In this document: positions 19,194-28,077 of the stretch, one piece after another
How positions within the stretch are numbered: position 1 is the first letter of the stretch
How the letters are laid out: every line of letters begins with the position of its first letter
Assembly (NCBI GenBank): GCA_963695545.1
Contig: OY968796.1
Coordinates: 1,408,001-1,472,000 of the forward strand
DNA: 64,000 nt
Source: Terriglobia bacterium
GTDB taxonomy: Bacteria; Acidobacteriota; Terriglobia; Acidiferrales; UBA7541
Direction: 5' to 3'
The notes under the pieces: generated by a model
Told to the model about the DNA's origin: nothing
Databases searched by the model: none
The model's input: only the letters and a program-made list of their open reading frames with translations
Position numbers and translations under genes: made by a program

Positions 19194-20630
19194 ATGTTGC
19201 GTCGGTGGATATTGCTGCTCGGAGTGGCGTCGGTCGCGCTGGTGGGCGGCTGCAACGACTTCAATACCACGCTGGGAACGCCGCAAAACTCCACCACGAT
19301 TTCGTTTTTGTCGCCGGCGGGCGGGAACGTGGGCGGCTCGGCGTTCACGCTGACGGTGGAGGGCGGCACCTTCCTGAGCAACTCCGTGGTCGAATGGAAT
19401 AACACCCCGCGCGTGACGACTTATATCAGCGGGAACATTCTGCTGGCGCAGATCAACGCGAGCGATCTGGCGACGGCCGGGTCGGCGAGCGTTCTGGTGT
19501 ACACGCCGGGAACGGCGATGTCGGACCCGGATCAGGGAGAAAACATCATCGCCACGTCGAACGTGATTCAGTTCGTGGTGCAGGCCGCGAGCGCGCCGCT
19601 GCCGGTGATCACTTCGGTTTCGCCGGCCACCGAAACGGCGGGCGGCCCCGCCTTCACGTTGAAAGTGTTTGGCACGGGGTTTCTGCAGCCTGCAACGAAC
19701 TGCGCCTTACAGACCACCGGATCGATGGTTTATTGGAACGGCAGCGAAGTCACCGAGACCCAAAACACTCCCACCTGCATGGCGACGACAACCGCCACGA
19801 CGTTTGTGAGTTCCACCGAAGTGGATGTGGCCGTACCGGCCTCTTTCATCGCGACATCGCAAACCGCGCGGATCACGGTTTTCAACCCGCCGACGGGATC
19901 GCCGGCCACGGGCGGCGGCAGCTCAAATACCTGGCCGCTTTCGGTCTCCGGTGGCGGAGGAGGCAACGCGCGCGCGGAAGCGCTGGCGCAAGCCGAGGCT
20001 TCTTCGGCGGCGACGTCGCTTTCGCCCGCGATCAGCACGGACGCGCGATACGTGGCGTTCGTCGGGCCGGTGCCGGATCCGACGACCAACGCGAGCACGG
20101 GCACGGACAACGTGTATGTGCGCGATACGTGCACGGGCGCGCCGTCGGGGTGCACGCAGACGACGACGCTGATTTCCGTCGCGGCGGATGGAGTTTCGGC
20201 GGCGGATGGCGAGAGCGAATCGCCGTCGATGAGTGCGGATGGGCGCTACGTCACGTTCGTTTCCTACGCGGACAATTTGGTGGCGGCGGGAGCGAGCGGG
20301 TTGGGCGATATTTTTGTGCGCGATACCTGTACGGGCGCGCCGGCGGCGTCGAGCTGCACGCCGACGACCACGCTGATTACCGCCGCGCCGGATGGCTCGT
20401 TCGAGAATGGCGCGAGCGATTCGCCTTCGATTAGCGCGAGCGGGCGCTACATTGTGTTTTCGTCGCTGGCGACAAACTTGGTGGCCGGCACGGCGACGAC
20501 GTCATCTGGGCCGGAAATTTATTTGCGTGATCTGTGCGTGGGCGCGCCGGCCGGTTGCCAGGCCACGACGATTCAACTCTCGGTGTCGAGTTCGACTTCG
20601 AGCCCAAGCTCGACGGACTCCGGCCCGTAA
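19194..20630 (+). CDS. Predicted lipoprotein with two IPT/TIG domains and three TolB/PD40-like repeats
   Basis: Signal peptide ending VGGC; PVITSVSPA...FTLKVFGTGF; repeats PAISTDARYVAF, PSMSADGRYVTF, PSISASGRYIVF. Confidence 0.8.
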   Translation: MLRRWILLLGVASVALVGGCNDFNTTLGTPQNSTTISFLSPAGGNVGGSAFTLTVEGGTFLSNSVVEWNNTPRVTTYISGNILLAQINASDLATAGSASVLVYTPGTAMSDPDQGENIIATSNVIQFVVQAASAPLPVITSVSPATETAGGPAFTLKVFGTGFLQPATNCALQTTGSMVYWNGSEVTETQNTPTCMATTTATTFVSSTEVDVAVPASFIATSQTARITVFNPPTGSPATGGGSSNTWPLSVSGGGGGNARAEALAQAEASSAATSLSPAISTDARYVAFVGPVPDPTTNASTGTDNVYVRDTCTGAPSGCTQTTTLISVAADGVSAADGESESPSMSADGRYVTFVSYADNLVAAGASGLGDIFVRDTCTGAPAASSCTPTTTLITAAPDGSFENGASDSPSISASGRYIVFSSLATNLVAGTATTSSGPEIYLRDLCVGAPAGCQATTIQLSVSSSTSSPSSTDSGP

Positions 20631-20711
20631 GCTCGTAGCCCGGCTGGAATTTTTCTGTATTGTTGGCGCTCGATTTTTTTGCGCTGTCGCTCGCGTCCGG
20701 CGAAAGAACAT

Positions 20712-21809
20712 CTAGTTCGGCAAAAGAAAAAGCCTCTCGGCGGAAAGATCGACCTGCCACGGTTGCGGTTCGTTTTTGAATGTTTCCCAGACGTCTTTTG
20801 AGATTTCGGCTTGTAGTTGGAAATCCGTGCTCGCGGAAGCCCGCGCGTGCAATCGCAAGTAGAGCGTGACGCGAAACGGCGCTTCGGTCGCCGCGGCGAG
20901 CCAGCACGGAAAGGTGTTCTCGCCAGCGCCGCCGCTCGCCCCGCGAACCTGCGCATCCGCGGCGTGAACGCGCACATGGTGCGCGCGAATCGCGATGTGT
21001 CCGAGCGTGCTCGGCACGGATTGCGCGACGCGCAGGCGGCAGCCCCAGTCGAGAGCCTCGATTGCGCCGTCGGGCGTGGCGCCGGCGCGCGAGAAATTCT
21101 TGCAACCGGTGAGCCGCGCGACCTCGAAATTTGGCGGGCGGCGAAACAAATCTTCCTTCGGTCCGGCGGCGGCGATTTTTCCGTTCGCCAGCACCACGAG
21201 TTCGCCACAGAAGCGATAGGCTTCCTCGAGATTGTGGCTGACGAACAGGGCGACGCCGCGGTATTTCGCGAGCGCTTCGCGCAATTCGCGTTCGATCTCG
21301 CCGCGCAGATGCGTATCGAGCGCGGAAAACGGTTCGTCGAGCAGCAGCGCTTCGGGCTCGGGCGCGAGCGCGCGAGCAAGCGCCACGCGCTGCTGCTGGC
21401 CGCCGGAAAGCGCCGCGGGAGAGCGGGCTTCGAGTCCCGCAAGGTGCAGCGCGGCAATCTGACGCGCGATGCGGCGATCGCGCTCATCTTTCGGCAGATC
21501 GGAAATTCCGAAGCCGATATTTTCGGCGACGGTGAGATGCGGAAATAGCGCGTAATTCTGGAAAAGAAGTCCGACACGCCGATCGCGGCTGGGACAATCG
21601 ACGCCGGCGGCGGAATCGAACAAGACGCGTCCATCGAGCACGATGCGGCCGCGATCGGGGCGCTCGAGCCCCGCGATCGTGCGCAGTGTTAAACTTTTTC
21701 CGGCGCCTGAAGGGCCCAGTATGCCGAGCGGCGCGCCCGAAGCGCGGAAAGCGACTTCGAGTGAAAATCCGCTGGGCAATTTCTTTTCGATCTGGACGTC
21801 AAGTTCCAC
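20712..21809 (-). CDS. modC: Molybdate ABC transporter ATP-binding subunit
   Basis: GPSGAGKS, LSGGQQQRV, LLLDEPFSALD; GTG start with a GGAGA RBS; follows modB. Confidence 0.88.
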   Translation of the reverse strand: MELDVQIEKKLPSGFSLEVAFRASGAPLGILGPSGAGKSLTLRTIAGLERPDRGRIVLDGRVLFDSAAGVDCPSRDRRVGLLFQNYALFPHLTVAENIGFGISDLPKDERDRRIARQIAALHLAGLEARSPAALSGGQQQRVALARALAPEPEALLLDEPFSALDTHLRGEIERELREALAKYRGVALFVSHNLEEAYRFCGELVVLANGKIAAAGPKEDLFRRPPNFEVARLTGCKNFSRAGATPDGAIEALDWGCRLRVAQSVPSTLGHIAIRAHHVRVHAADAQVRGASGGAGENTFPCWLAAATEAPFRVTLYLRLHARASASTDFQLQAEISKDVWETFKNEPQPWQVDLSAERLFLLPN

Positions 21810-21817
21810 GATATTTT

Positions 21818-22498
21818 TTATCTCTCCGGAATGCGGCGGCGCCGAGCGGCGCGCGCCCAGACGCCGAGCGCGAGAAGCACGGCGAGCGAAACGATCAGCA
21901 CAATCATCACATCGCCGAAGGCCTCGCGCATTTGTCCCGCAGCGATGTCGAAATAAATCGCGAGCGGCAAAGTTTCCGTGCGCCCGGGAATATCGCCCGC
22001 GAGCATTAGCGTGGCGCCGAATTCGCCGAGCGCTCGCGCGAAGGCAAGTGTTGTACCGGCGAAAATGCCGGGCGCGGCGAGCGGCAGCGTTACGCGGCGA
22101 AACACGCGCCACTCAGAAGCGCCCAGCGTGCGCGCGGCGTCGGCAAGACCGGGCTCGAGCTGCGCGAAGGCTCCCCGCGCCGTAATGTAAACCAGCGGAA
22201 ATGAAACCACGGCGGCGGCGATCACTGTCGCGGGCCAGGAAAAAACCACGACCGCACCGAAATGCAGCAGCAGGCGGCCAAGCGGGCCGTTTCGGCCGAA
22301 CAGCAGGAGGAGAAAAAATCCGACCACCGTGGGTGGAAGAATCAACGGCAGAAGACACAGCGCGTCGAGCAAGTCACCGAACGCGCGGCGCTTTCGTTCG
22401 CGCCATTCAGCCGCGCCGACGCCGAGCACGAGCGCCACGGCCGTCGCCGCCAGCGAAGTCTTGAGTGAAATCCAGACGGGAGCGAGATCGAACGCCAT
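21818..22498 (-). CDS. modB: Molybdate ABC transporter permease
   Basis: LPLILPPTVVGF, AARTLGAS, FARALGEFGATLM. Confidence 0.93.
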   Translation of the reverse strand: MAFDLAPVWISLKTSLAATAVALVLGVGAAEWRERKRRAFGDLLDALCLLPLILPPTVVGFFLLLLFGRNGPLGRLLLHFGAVVVFSWPATVIAAAVVSFPLVYITARGAFAQLEPGLADAARTLGASEWRVFRRVTLPLAAPGIFAGTTLAFARALGEFGATLMLAGDIPGRTETLPLAIYFDIAAGQMREAFGDVMIVLIVSLAVLLALGVWARAARRRRIPER

Positions 22499-22512
22499 CG
22501 AGTCCGGGTGCG

Positions 22513-23319
22513 TCAGGGAGCGGCGGTGCGAAAACCGTAACGGAGGAAAATGGCGCGGGCCACGTCGCTCTCGAGGAAGTGAAGATAATTCTCCGCTTCG
22601 GTCGGATGCGCTGAAGATTTCATCGCGGCTGCAGGATACACAATTTGTGGCGCGGCGCCGGGCGGGGCTTCGGCGGCAATGCGCACGCGCTGCGAAATCG
22701 CGGCGTCCGTAGCGTAAACAATTCCGGCATCGGCGCTGCCCGTTTCGACGTAAGCCAGCACTTGGCGCACATCGCTTCCGAAAACGGCCTTGCGGCGCAC
22801 GGCGTCGTAAATGCCCAGCGTGGTGAGCGTTTGCTGCGCGTACATTCCGGCCGGGACGCTGCGCGGATCACCCAACGCAACAGTGCGGACATCGGCGCGC
22901 AACAAATCCTGAAAGTTCCTGATTTCGCCGACGCCGCGATTATCTTTGGGGACGATGAGCACGAGACGGTTCGTGAGCAGATCCACGCGCGTGTCCGCGC
23001 GCAGCAAACCTTTTGATTCGAGCGCGTCCATCTCCTCGGGCGCGGCGGAAATGAAAGCGTCCGCCGGCGCGCCTTGCTCGATTTGCATTTCGAGTGTGCC
23101 CGAGCCGCCGAGATTGAGCGAGATGGAAACGTCCGGATGCTGCTTTTGATAGAGATCGTCCACTTCCCCAAGCGCATCCTTCAGGCTGGCGGCCGCGGAA
23201 ATCAGCAACTCAACGCGTGGCGGCGGAGGCGGCGCCGCGAAAATGCATGCGATCGGCGCGAGCGCGAGGGCCGCGAGGCATAAAGATGTTTTCAGTCGTC
23301 GCATCGGGAGTGGTCGCAT
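22513..23319 (-). CDS. modA: Molybdate ABC transporter substrate-binding protein
   Basis: SAAASLKDA, GGSGTL, QIEQGAPAD, SVPAGMYA, DAGIVYATDA; start 23319 or 23304. Confidence 0.92.
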   Translation of the reverse strand: MRPLPMRRLKTSLCLAALALAPIACIFAAPPPPPRVELLISAAASLKDALGEVDDLYQKQHPDVSISLNLGGSGTLEMQIEQGAPADAFISAAPEEMDALESKGLLRADTRVDLLTNRLVLIVPKDNRGVGEIRNFQDLLRADVRTVALGDPRSVPAGMYAQQTLTTLGIYDAVRRKAVFGSDVRQVLAYVETGSADAGIVYATDAAISQRVRIAAEAPPGAAPQIVYPAAAMKSSAHPTEAENYLHFLESDVARAIFLRYGFRTAAP

Positions 23320-23335
23320 GCGCGCGGCTCGCGTC

Positions 23336-24256
23336 CTAGTGGGCGGAGGCTTCTTGTTCGTGAGCGTGGTACGAAGAGCGCACCAACGGTCCGGATTCGA
23401 CGTGGCGGAAACCGATGCGCTCGCCCCACTGTTTGTATTCGGCAAATTCATCGGGATGCACGAAGCGAATCACGGGCAGATGCTCCGGCGTGGGCTGCAA
23501 ATATTGGCCGAGGGTCAGGATGTCGGTGCCCTGGCGGACCAGGTCTTCCATCGCGGCGCGCACTTCTTCGCGGCGCTCGCCGAGGCCGAGCATCATTCCG
23601 GTTTTGGTCGGGGTGCGCGGGGCAAATTGTTTTGCGCGCAGCAACAATTCGAGCGAGCGCTCGTAAACCGCGGCCTTGCGGACTTGCGAATAGAGACGCG
23701 GCACGGTTTCCACATTGTGATTGAGCACATCGGGCCGCGCCTCGAGCACAGTTTCGAGCGCGGACCAAACGCCGCGAAAATCCGGAATTAGAACTTCGAC
23801 CTTGCAGCCCGAAACGCGCTCACGAATCGCGTGGATCGTCGCGGCGAAAATCGCGGCGCCGCCATCGGGTTGATCGTCGCGATTCACTGAAGTCACCACC
23901 GCGTAGCGCAAGCCCATGCGCTCGACGGCGCGCGCCACGCGCTCGGGCTCATCTTCATCGGGCGGACCGATCGGCCGGCCCGAAGGAACCGCGCAGAAAC
24001 CGCAGGCGCGCGTGCAGATATTGCCGAGAATCATGAACGTCGCTGTGCGGTGCTCCCAGCATTCGCCCATGTTGGGGCAGCGCGCGCTTTCGCAGACAGT
24101 GTGCAGATCGAGCGTGCGCAAGATGCGCTTCAATTCCTGATAATTCGAGCCGCCGAAAAATCGCACGCGGAGCCAAGGCGGACGCGGATGCGAGTCCGGC
24201 GTCACCGGCATGCCGGAGTCGGGCGAGTTCGAGAGGATGTTAAAGGGAGAAGCCAT
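23336..24256 (-). CDS. lipA: Lipoyl synthase
   Basis: CESARCPNMGEC, CTRACGFC radical SAM motif, GQYLQP, LVRSSY. Confidence 0.96.
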   Translation of the reverse strand: MASPFNILSNSPDSGMPVTPDSHPRPPWLRVRFFGGSNYQELKRILRTLDLHTVCESARCPNMGECWEHRTATFMILGNICTRACGFCAVPSGRPIGPPDEDEPERVARAVERMGLRYAVVTSVNRDDQPDGGAAIFAATIHAIRERVSGCKVEVLIPDFRGVWSALETVLEARPDVLNHNVETVPRLYSQVRKAAVYERSLELLLRAKQFAPRTPTKTGMMLGLGERREEVRAAMEDLVRQGTDILTLGQYLQPTPEHLPVIRFVHPDEFAEYKQWGERIGFRHVESGPLVRSSYHAHEQEASAH

Positions 24257-24375
24257 AAGGTTACGGTAGCAGAGCTTATTCTACGCAACGGGCAGAGGGC
24301 GTACAACCGGCGGTGTCGCGAGGTAGGGGCAGTTTGGGAACCGCGCGAACGAGGCGTCACATCCTGGGTCAGGAC
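24227..24375. repeat. Direct repeat copy A (lipA 5' end plus upstream region)
   Basis: Aligns with 27804-27953, including an identical 25-mer AGCAGAGCTTATTCTACGCAACGGG. Confidence 0.85.
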
Positions 24376-24567
24376 TTCCATGCACCACTTGTCTGGTAAT
24401 CCGACTAACACAGGCAAGCGGACTGAGAGCGCGCAACTTGCCACAACGGGTCTTCTGATTCGGAATAGCTTCCGGTTACCCCTTAATCCGTCCAGAGTCG
24501 ATGCCAAGCGTGGAGATTACTTCGCACTAGCCGCCCTAGCAGGACCTATGCAATCACCGCGTGCGGA

Positions 24568-25311
24568 TCAAATCGCGGTGCGTCCACCGTCGACCGCGAG
24601 TTTCGCGCCGTAAATAAAACTAGAGCGATCGGTCGCCAGGAAGACAATGGCCTCGGCAATTTCGTCCGCGGTGGCCGGGCGACCCGCCGGCGCCTGCGCG
24701 GCCAGTTGCTCTAGGCTCTCGCCCATAGCGTCGGTGCCTTCCGTGCGCGTGGGTCCAGGGCTTACCGTATTGACGCGGACACCGCTGTGGCCATATTCAG
24801 CCGCCCACGATTTGGTCAGCAGATTAATAGCTGCCTTGCTCGAGCCATAGAGACTCATGCCGGACACTCCGTAATCGGCAACCATCGTGGATACGTTGAC
24901 GATTGCCCCAGTGCCTCTTTTCGCCATCAGGGGAGCTAGTTCCGCGACCAGGAAGTAGGGCGCCTTGACGTTGAGCGAATACACCCTGTCAAACTCTTCC
25001 TCCGTCGTTTTATTCGTTGGCCCGAACGGGAAGATTCCCGCATTGTTGATCAGAATATCGACGTGGCCGTTTCCGAGCTCAATCGCTCTTCTCGCCGCTT
25101 CGCGCACACTCGACGCGTCTCGAAGATCGGACGAAATATAATCCGCTTTACCTCCGGTCGCACGGATTTCGGCCAGCGTCTCATCGCCGCGTTTCACGTT
25201 TCGGCCTACGACGATGACGTGAATGCCAAGCTTCGCCAGTTTTTTGGCAGTCGCTCGGCCGATACCGCTTGTTCCTCCTGTAATGAGTGCCGTCGCCAAG
25301 TTTGTCGTCAT
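24568..25311 (-). CDS. Short-chain dehydrogenase/reductase
   Basis: TGGTSGIG, NNAG, YGSSK catalytic motif, VSPGPT. Confidence 0.93.
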   Translation of the reverse strand: MTTNLATALITGGTSGIGRATAKKLAKLGIHVIVVGRNVKRGDETLAEIRATGGKADYISSDLRDASSVREAARRAIELGNGHVDILINNAGIFPFGPTNKTTEEEFDRVYSLNVKAPYFLVAELAPLMAKRGTGAIVNVSTMVADYGVSGMSLYGSSKAAINLLTKSWAAEYGHSGVRVNTVSPGPTRTEGTDAMGESLEQLAAQAPAGRPATADEIAEAIVFLATDRSSFIYGAKLAVDGGRTAI

Positions 25312-25418
25312 TCGCAACTCCCGTTTCTGTTTTCGTGCCGGAAATTACCGCGTGCAGGGCGGGATAACCATCGCCGCAAATGGCCGATACATCGCACTAC
25401 AGCGCTGGATATGTTTGT

Positions 25419-26885
25419 TCACCCGGCACTGGCCAATTGCATGGACTGGTTTTGCGCCGAAGGTTCGGACGAGAACAGCGCGCCAATACCCTCCGCGAGC
25501 GTCGGGTGAGTGAGGACCGCATCGCGCAGAGCGGTAAAAGGCAGCCCTGCGATGATGGCAACCTGAACTGAGGACATGGTCTCGCCTGCCTCGACAGCAA
25601 AGGCCGTGAAGCCCAGGATGCGATCGCTATCCGTGGCCACCAGCGCCTTTAGAAATCCACACGTTTCAGAAAGCGTACGGGCGCGGAGCACGTTTTCCAT
25701 CGGGATTTTGAACAAGCGGTAGGCGATACCTCGCGCTTTGGCTTCTTTCTCGCTCAGGCCAACGCGGGCGAGTTCCGGATCGGTGAAAAGGCAGAAAGGA
25801 ACTTGCCGGCCTGTGGTCACGCGCTTACCGCCATTCAGGTTGTCGTGGACCACGCGAAAATCGTCAATGCTGATGTGCGTAAACTGCGGGCTGCCCGCCA
25901 CCTCGCCGATGGCCCACACCCCGGGCGCCGTGGTTTGAAGCCGCTCGTTGACTTTCAGGTATCCCCGATTTGTCAGTTCGACACCTGCCAGGTCCAGCCC
26001 CAGCCGCTCCGTGTTTGGAGCGCGGCCCGACGCGACCAGCACATGGCTGCCTTCGATGGTTTTCTCCGCTCCGTTTTGCTCCACAACAATTCTTACCGAC
26101 TCGCCCGATTTACCCGATACGCGCTTGAGCTCAGCATTCAGAAGAATGTCGATGCCCTCGTCACGGAACAGTTCGCCAAGAGCTTGCGTCACGTCTTGGT
26201 CTTCTCGATAAACCAATTGTGCGTTGCGCTCGATCACCGTGACATTGCTGCCAAATCGGCGCATGGCCTGGGATAGTTCGAGACCAACATAGCCGCCCCC
26301 GATCACCAGCAGATGTTCGGGGACCTCATCGAGTTCGAGTGCTTCCACGTGCGTGAGTGGCCGCGCGTCGGGAAGGCCGGAAATTGGATCGAGCGCCGCG
26401 CGCGTGCCGGTGCTGATGATCACGTTGGTTCCGCGGAGTTGGCGCGTTGTTCCATCAGGCAGCGTGACCTCCACAGTTCGAGGGCCGATAAAGTGTCCAG
26501 TGCCGAGAATGAATTCCGCTCCGGTCTTTTTATAATTGTCGAGATACAGATCGTTCAAAGCCGACACCATCCTGCGTTTACGGCCTCGCACTACGGTCAT
26601 ATCCACCGCGAAATCTTTCCTGGGGATGCCGAACTCTTCGCTTCTGCGAACGTACGATGCGACCCTGGCGCTGTGAATAATGTTCTTGCTGGGCAGGCAG
26701 GCGATGTTCGGGCAGGATCCGCCGATATATTTGCGGTCGATCAACGCCACACGCTTCCCCTCGCCGGCAAACGTCCACGCAGCAATAGTCGATCCCGTGC
26801 CGCCGCCCAGGATCACCAGATCGAATTCCTCCGGGCCCGGCTTCTTAGGCAGCTGAGCCGGAGAAGCGCCTTCCAGGGTGTCCAT
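25419..26885 (-). CDS. Pyridine nucleotide-disulfide oxidoreductase (RclA/MerA-like)
   Basis: GGGTGS FAD motif, GGSCPNIACLPSK redox disulfide, GGGYVGLE, HPTLAE; lacks MerA C-terminal Cys-Cys. Confidence 0.88.
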   Translation of the reverse strand: MDTLEGASPAQLPKKPGPEEFDLVILGGGTGSTIAAWTFAGEGKRVALIDRKYIGGSCPNIACLPSKNIIHSARVASYVRRSEEFGIPRKDFAVDMTVVRGRKRRMVSALNDLYLDNYKKTGAEFILGTGHFIGPRTVEVTLPDGTTRQLRGTNVIISTGTRAALDPISGLPDARPLTHVEALELDEVPEHLLVIGGGYVGLELSQAMRRFGSNVTVIERNAQLVYREDQDVTQALGELFRDEGIDILLNAELKRVSGKSGESVRIVVEQNGAEKTIEGSHVLVASGRAPNTERLGLDLAGVELTNRGYLKVNERLQTTAPGVWAIGEVAGSPQFTHISIDDFRVVHDNLNGGKRVTTGRQVPFCLFTDPELARVGLSEKEAKARGIAYRLFKIPMENVLRARTLSETCGFLKALVATDSDRILGFTAFAVEAGETMSSVQVAIIAGLPFTALRDAVLTHPTLAEGIGALFSSEPSAQNQSMQLASAG

Positions 26886-26955
26886 ATGACTTTCCCTTTC
26901 TCAGAGGTGCAGCGTGACTTGACGGATCGAGACGCGCGGCGATACCGCCGCTGGT

Positions 26956-27747
26956 TCAATGCTCGGCGCGCATTGATTTGACGAGATCTGCTGCCGAGGC
27001 GCCTTCGAGCGAAAGGCCGTAGCCAACTTCCCGCACAATACGCTCCTTCAACGGTTGGATGAAATGCACGCGCGTATTGCGCCGGGTCGCTTCCGGAGCT
27101 TTCAGATACAACTCAGCGAATTCCCGTGCCCGGCTAAGCGCTTTACCGTTGGGCACAACTTCGGCAACCACTCCCCATTCGTACGCTGTGCGCGCGGTCA
27201 ATGGCTTCGGGTTCAGCAGAAACGCTTCGGCCCTGCCCGCCCCGGCCCGGTAACTCCATGCGGTAAAGATTCCATCACCCGGCACAATGCCGCCGGCGAA
27301 GTGCGGCAGATCGTTAAAGGTCGCGCCTTCGCCCGCCACAATCACGTTGGCCAGCAGGGCGTACTCGGAATGCACGTACGCGCGGCCTTCGATGGCCGCG
27401 ATCACAGGCACGCGAATATTCGCCAGATTCTCGAGAATCTGAACGCCCTCGTCGTGGACTTGACTCCAGACGCCAGGGTCGGCAACGTTACCAAATGAGG
27501 CAAAGTCGATGCCCGGGATGAACTCCCCGCCGGTTCCCGTGAAAATCACGACCTTGTTCGCACGGTCCTGCGCGATGCGGTAAAAGGCGTCAACGAAATC
27601 GGTATGATCCGGCGCCGTGAAAGTCAGTGGCTTGCCGTTGGTGTGGAACTCGGCAACCAACACACCCTGGGCGTCTCGGGCCAGCCTCAAGCTGCGGTAG
27701 ACGGTGAAATATTCGGGTTGCATCACGTTTGTGGCAGTCGCGGTCAT
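26956..27747 (-). CDS. Enoyl-CoA hydratase/isomerase (crotonase) superfamily protein
   Basis: VIFTGTGGEFIPGID, PVIAAIEG, HSEY, DLPHF, IVPGDG; resembles the 6-oxocamphor hydrolase subgroup. Confidence 0.8.
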   Translation of the reverse strand: MTATATNVMQPEYFTVYRSLRLARDAQGVLVAEFHTNGKPLTFTAPDHTDFVDAFYRIAQDRANKVVIFTGTGGEFIPGIDFASFGNVADPGVWSQVHDEGVQILENLANIRVPVIAAIEGRAYVHSEYALLANVIVAGEGATFNDLPHFAGGIVPGDGIFTAWSYRAGAGRAEAFLLNPKPLTARTAYEWGVVAEVVPNGKALSRAREFAELYLKAPEATRRNTRVHFIQPLKERIVREVGYGLSLEGASAADLVKSMRAEH

Positions 27748-27803
27748 GGCGGTCTCTATCCTTTCTTCTGCTCGTGCGATTGAAATATCAGAGCGTGCGG
27801 CTC

Positions 27804-27953
27804 GTTCGAGAGGATATTAAAGCGAGAGGCCATTAGCTTCGAGCAGCAGAGCTTATTCTACGCAACGGGATGAGGGCACACAACCGGAGGGCTCGCGAAG
27901 GAGTGCGCAGGTTGCGAGTCGCGCGAACGAGGCGTCATATCTTAAGCCCGGAC
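27804..27953. repeat. Direct repeat copy B (diverged duplicate of the lipA 5' end and promoter)
   Basis: Minus-strand ATG 27833 encodes MASRFNILSN versus LipA MASPFNILSN. Confidence 0.85.
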
Positions 27954-28077
27954 GACATTTGATTGACGACGTCCTCATGCCGATGAACTTTTACCTGCCG
28001 GCGTGCGTACTCTTATTCAGCCGCCCGGACTGTAAAACGATCTGGCGTGGATATAAAATTTTCGCCGACGCAAGGTG

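Noticed and set aside
23178..23190. Partial REP match CCTTCAGGCTGGC inside modA
   Set aside because: No GTAG foot or full stem, and it encodes the conserved ASLKD motif; a chance match.
25419..26885. Mercuric reductase merA or dihydrolipoamide dehydrogenase lpdA
   Set aside because: No C-terminal Cys-Cys, no metal-binding domain and no mer genes. The motif differs from typical Lpd and there are no E1/E2 genes, despite the proximity to lipA.
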